46,037 nt of DNA from Candidatus Micrarchaeota archaeon (lineage in GTDB: Archaea > Micrarchaeota > Micrarchaeia > Burarchaeales > JAKAKT01): assembly GCA_964649265.1 (NCBI GenBank), contig CAZYPB010000002.1, positions 1 to 46,037 of the forward strand. The letters run 5' to 3'. Shown piece by piece: positions 42,704 to 46,037 of this stretch (positions are counted from its first letter, which is position 1; each line of letters begins with the position of its first letter). The notes beneath the pieces are model-generated. The model did not search any database and was not told the origin of the DNA. It saw only the letters and a list, made by a program, of their open reading frames with translations. A program made the position numbers and the translations under genes.

Positions 42704-45700
42704 ATGGAAATCACTGCTCTAGTGTTACAAGGGGGCAGTAAGCTCCTAGCCTTAGCTTTGGCTATCTCTCTACTCTTCATACTGCCTTTTTCGGAGGCAG
42801 ACTCTATTTCACAGCCGAAATTCTCTCATGAACTGGACATATCCAAATATTCAGAGAAACCAGATGAAAGGATAGATTTAGACCCAAAGCTCTCATCTCT
42901 TGCCAAATACCTAAGATATGAGAACGGAATGAAGATCTCCAACGAGAAGATGACCTTCTGTTCTGCTGAAGGAGAGTGTGAAACCCAGTTCTTCATAGAG
43001 AATTCAGCAGGAACTATCTCTGATTTCGAGGTTTCTTTTGAATTGAGCTTTTCAGCTCCCCCTGAAGAAGTCACACTATGGCAATCTAAATTCCAACAAA
43101 CAAGGAGAGGCGGGTTAATTACTGATGATTTTGTGTGGGTGCCTGTTGATCAGGACCATTTCTCATTCGGAGAAAGGGAAAAGAGGTCATTCCTCTTGCG
43201 TTACAATATCCCCAGTTGCACCAATGGAACATGGAATGTTACGTACTACTCCCCCTTCGGAACAAACCATCTTACTGGGAGGTATGTGAGTTTATGCAAA
43301 AAGGAAAAACCAAAAACAGAGATAAATAATGCAATTGAAAAGAAGAGTTCTTTTGATAAGACTGTGAAAGGAGATTTAACATACAATGTTCTCCATGGTT
43401 CGCCTGTCCAGTATTTGGATGGTGAGGAATATCTCCAAATAGATACATCCGTTGAGGAGCTTGGGGAGGGTGACCCCCGTTATTCTGATGATTACAGGGC
43501 AGGTGTAAGAAAAGGAGCATACAAGGCGTTCTTCAAACCAGACATGGATTCACCATGGCCTGTTTTCGCGGAGAAGGATGAATATGTTCTTAAGATGAAG
43601 CCATTTGCTCTTGCATACTACGATGAATCATGGGGAGGCCTTTCATATATCCAACTTGCTTCCTCATCAATTGGAATTCCAAATGAGAACACAATGACAT
43701 ACGAGACAGTTTTCACAGGAACAGATATCCATTATGAATACCAGACAGGAAAATTCAAGGAAACAATAATACTGAAAGAAGAATTCAGGAACCTTGTTTC
43801 AGGTCTTTCACTTGATCCAAATACTCCGATATATTTTGTATTTGAAATGGATACTGGAGGACTTACCCCAACATCCTTTGGAGACGTTCTTCCAAATGGA
43901 GATGAAACTCGTTACAAAATAGACATTGTTGACAGTTCGGGGGAAAAAGCATATTCATTCCTCCCGCAATATGCGGAGGATTCTGGGAAAGCACTGATAG
44001 GGGAAGTGGAGATAGATTACCCTGACAGGATAGACATACAAGCAGGGTTATTTGAGTCAAATGGAAGGACATTCTATGCATCATCAATTCCACTATACTG
44101 GCTTACAAGGGCAACATACCCCGTTAAGATAGACCCGACAACCCAGTTCTCGGACGATTACTGCCTTGCCGATGTTTATGCAACTAATTTTGTATCCTAC
44201 AATGCGGAATTCCAGCTCAAATGGGACATTTCAAATATTCAGGCAGGAAACCGGATAGAGAATGCAACTCTGTGCCTATACTGCGAACATACTTCGGGGA
44301 CTCTTGATGCACAGGCAAATGTTTCTCGCATAACAAACCAGAGCTGGACCGAATCAATCAATCACACCAGTTACGCAGCACTAACCTACGCAAACAACAC
44401 AACCGCATATAATTTCAGCAACAACATAAGCGGAACCTGGCACTGCATAAACGTAACAGACATAGTGAATTCCTCTTTCAATGATGGCGAACAGAACCTT
44501 TCAATAAGGATAAACCATCCCTCCTACCAATTGGGGGTTAAGTCCCCATATCCAAGCAACCTTTATTTGGGGACATTCAACACTCCTGGAACTGCCTACA
44601 GGGAATATGAAAAGTGCGGGGACACAAACGCCCCATACCTGAACATAACAACAACAAAGGCAATAATGCCGGACATGACTGCGTTCTCAATAACCCCGCA
44701 ACCAGTTGCAAGCATATATGAGGATATAGAGATGGACATTACATGCGATGTGCCGGGAACCAGCACCCTCAATGCCTCTTACGAATGGCTTAAACTGAAT
44801 GAATCCGGAGTTGATGAATTTACTGGTGCTAGTTGCGATACTAGTTGGGTTTCATGTAATCCAAGTAATTCCTTATGTAAAAACTGTACAAATGGTTGGA
44901 AAGGATATGCAGAGGATACTTTAACAACATTTGATCCATCATCAACTGAATGGAATGTCTCAATAAACCAAAGCGGGGTTCCTGCTCCTTCGGTGGAATC
45001 AACAACAACTCCATTCGGGGTTGGTACTCTCTGGATATACAAATCATTCTATCTAGGAAACAATTCGGGAACTTATAATGTTAGTTGGAATTGGACAGGC
45101 TACAGAGTAGGCTCGGAGACTCAGTTCAACGTAACATTGTACATCTGGGAAGAAAATGTAACTCCTTGCTCCCAATTAAGACGAACTGGTTCATGTGATT
45201 TTGGAAACACAACTAATACCCTCACAAGCTTAACGAACTATCCTCAAGTTGGCATATTTGGTGAATGGACTGGCTCAAATGCATCATTCACAAATCTACA
45301 AATCTCAAACCACACAATAACAGTCGGCTTTGGAATACATGATCCAACAAATGCAGGAATGGTCAATTACAGTGTTGATAATTTCACAATCACTCCGCTT
45401 TGGGAGAACAGTTCCTACGGGGGAACAACAGCTGTAACCACGTTTGTCAGCACTAATGTGAACAACTTTTCTTCAGGAACTGCGAGCTGGAATGACACAT
45501 GGAGGGGAAGGGCGACTTGCTCAAATGGGGACATGACAACATCCGATTCAGATGAAACATACTTTGTTGAAGTTGAATGTGGGAACATCACGACAAGCAC
45601 AAGGATGTCCAAGAACCTAACAGCCAGCTCCCGATGCTTTAACATAACTGCAGACAATGTTGTTCTTGACTGCGCTGGATTCACGATAACCGGAGATGAC

Positions 45701-46037
45701 GGCGAAAACGATTATGCAGTATGGGGCGAAGGGCGAAACAACATAACAATAAAGAACTGCGTAATAGAGCGGTTCGGCAGAGGAATATACATAAACAGCG
45801 GAGTGAACAACAGCTGGTTCTCCAACAACGTGATACGGGACGCATCAGCTGCAAGCGGAACAGACAACAGATACGGAATCTCTCTTGTGCGCGGGTACAA
45901 CAACACAATTGAGAACAACTCAATACACAATCTGAGGGGGTCAAACCAGCCTGTTTCCAGTTTCAAAGGGGGCGCAGCAGGCGGGAGAGTTTACGGGATA
46001 CACTTGGAGACAGGAGGAGCGAACAACACGGTGAGAA
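42704..46037 (+). CDS. Giant secreted/surface protein, first 1111 codons (open at window end); sequon-rich, with DNRLRE-like and right-handed beta-helix (PbH1-like) regions
   Basis: Not in the ORF track because it is unterminated. I translated it by hand from the ATG at 42704 (in-frame stop at 42674-76 upstream) and met no stop to 46037. Signal-like MEITALVLQGGSKLLALALAISLLFILPFSEA. The end reads NITIKNCVIERFGRGIYINSGVNNSWFSNNVIRD...NNTIENNSIHN, a beta-helix repeat style. Confidence 0.8.
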   Translation, partial: MEITALVLQGGSKLLALALAISLLFILPFSEADSISQPKFSHELDISKYSEKPDERIDLDPKLSSLAKYLRYENGMKISNEKMTFCSAEGECETQFFIENSAGTISDFEVSFELSFSAPPEEVTLWQSKFQQTRRGGLITDDFVWVPVDQDHFSFGEREKRSFLLRYNIPSCTNGTWNVTYYSPFGTNHLTGRYVSLCKKEKPKTEINNAIEKKSSFDKTVKGDLTYNVLHGSPVQYLDGEEYLQIDTSVEELGEGDPRYSDDYRAGVRKGAYKAFFKPDMDSPWPVFAEKDEYVLKMKPFALAYYDESWGGLSYIQLASSSIGIPNENTMTYETVFTGTDIHYEYQTGKFKETIILKEEFRNLVSGLSLDPNTPIYFVFEMDTGGLTPTSFGDVLPNGDETRYKIDIVDSSGEKAYSFLPQYAEDSGKALIGEVEIDYPDRIDIQAGLFESNGRTFYASSIPLYWLTRATYPVKIDPTTQFSDDYCLADVYATNFVSYNAEFQLKWDISNIQAGNRIENATLCLYCEHTSGTLDAQANVSRITNQSWTESINHTSYAALTYANNTTAYNFSNNISGTWHCINVTDIVNSSFNDGEQNLSIRINHPSYQLGVKSPYPSNLYLGTFNTPGTAYREYEKCGDTNAPYLNITTTKAIMPDMTAFSITPQPVASIYEDIEMDITCDVPGTSTLNASYEWLKLNESGVDEFTGASCDTSWVSCNPSNSLCKNCTNGWKGYAEDTLTTFDPSSTEWNVSINQSGVPAPSVESTTTPFGVGTLWIYKSFYLGNNSGTYNVSWNWTGYRVGSETQFNVTLYIWEENVTPCSQLRRTGSCDFGNTTNTLTSLTNYPQVGIFGEWTGSNASFTNLQISNHTITVGFGIHDPTNAGMVNYSVDNFTITPLWENSSYGGTTAVTTFVSTNVNNFSSGTASWNDTWRGRATCSNGDMTTSDSDETYFVEVECGNITTSTRMSKNLTASSRCFNITADNVVLDCAGFTITGDDGENDYAVWGEGRNNITIKNCVIERFGRGIYINSGVNNSWFSNNVIRDASAASGTDNRYGISLVRGYNNTIENNSIHNLRGSNQPVSSFKGGAAGGRVYGIHLETGGANNTVR

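Noticed and set aside
1-46037. CRISPR arrays, rRNA genes, transposases, integrases, toxin-antitoxin pairs or recognisable defence genes
   Set aside because: I scanned the ORF set and the intergenic DNA and found no repeat-spacer periodicity, no rRNA-like stretches and no ORF with the corresponding motifs. The longest non-coding gaps are 390 bp (2469-2858) and 139 bp (33181-33319).

Overview
Dense archaeal chromosomal segment with about 48 protein genes, one tRNA and very little non-coding DNA. I found no rRNA, CRISPR array, transposase or integrase. Archaeal hallmarks are the AglB oligosaccharyltransferase, Hjc resolvase, archaeal-type DnaG, RPA, a LonB-type ATPase and an intron-containing tRNA. 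Left to right: nrdD-nrdG (anaerobic RNR); a tightly packed tetrahydrofolate one-carbon operon (glyA-folD-folC-MTHFS-purN) ending in a coiled-coil ORF and preceded by a FeoC-like wHTH gene; a decayed gene remnant; HIT; a dolichol/N-glycosylation module (GGR-family reductase, uppS, DUF192 divergent from aglB, plus an epimerase); argG-argH bracketed by two paralogous ACT-domain genes; an orphan ORF and a Cys-rich DUF2797-like ORF; acs; two small membrane/secreted ORFs; a second epimerase; MBL hydrolase; RPA; an ECF-type transporter; DUF2207; hjc; a membrane-fused spermidine-synthase-like protein; CBS protein; DUF167, mini-Toprim and dnaG; a protease-less LonB-like ATPase; tRNA-Val(UAC) with two introns; a ferritin-like protein; mscS; a circularly permuted GTPase; three uncharacterised genes; and the first 1111 codons of a giant, sequon-rich secreted protein that runs off the window. 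Most of this is housekeeping. The best candidates for a second look are: (1) the doubly interrupted tRNA-Val, whose non-canonical D-loop intron folds into a near-textbook bulge-helix-bulge; (2) the LonB-like AAA+ protein, which lacks both membrane anchor and protease domain and carries a zinc-ribbon insert; (3) the GGR/uppS/DUF192/aglB module; (4) the ACT-paralogue pair around argGH with a 20-nt-phased TGGTT array; (5) the orphan ORF at 19.9-20.6 kb; (6) the uncharacterised cluster next to the giant surface protein. I found no clear self-contained novel multi-gene system such as a defence island. My lineage guess is an uncultivated archaeon with a small, streamlined genome (DPANN-like or similar), but this is inference only. 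Limits: all family calls come from motif recognition by eye and memory, with no searches run. Start codons are often ambiguous, and TTG/GTG starts are used. Both window-edge ORFs are absent from the ORF track and were translated by hand.
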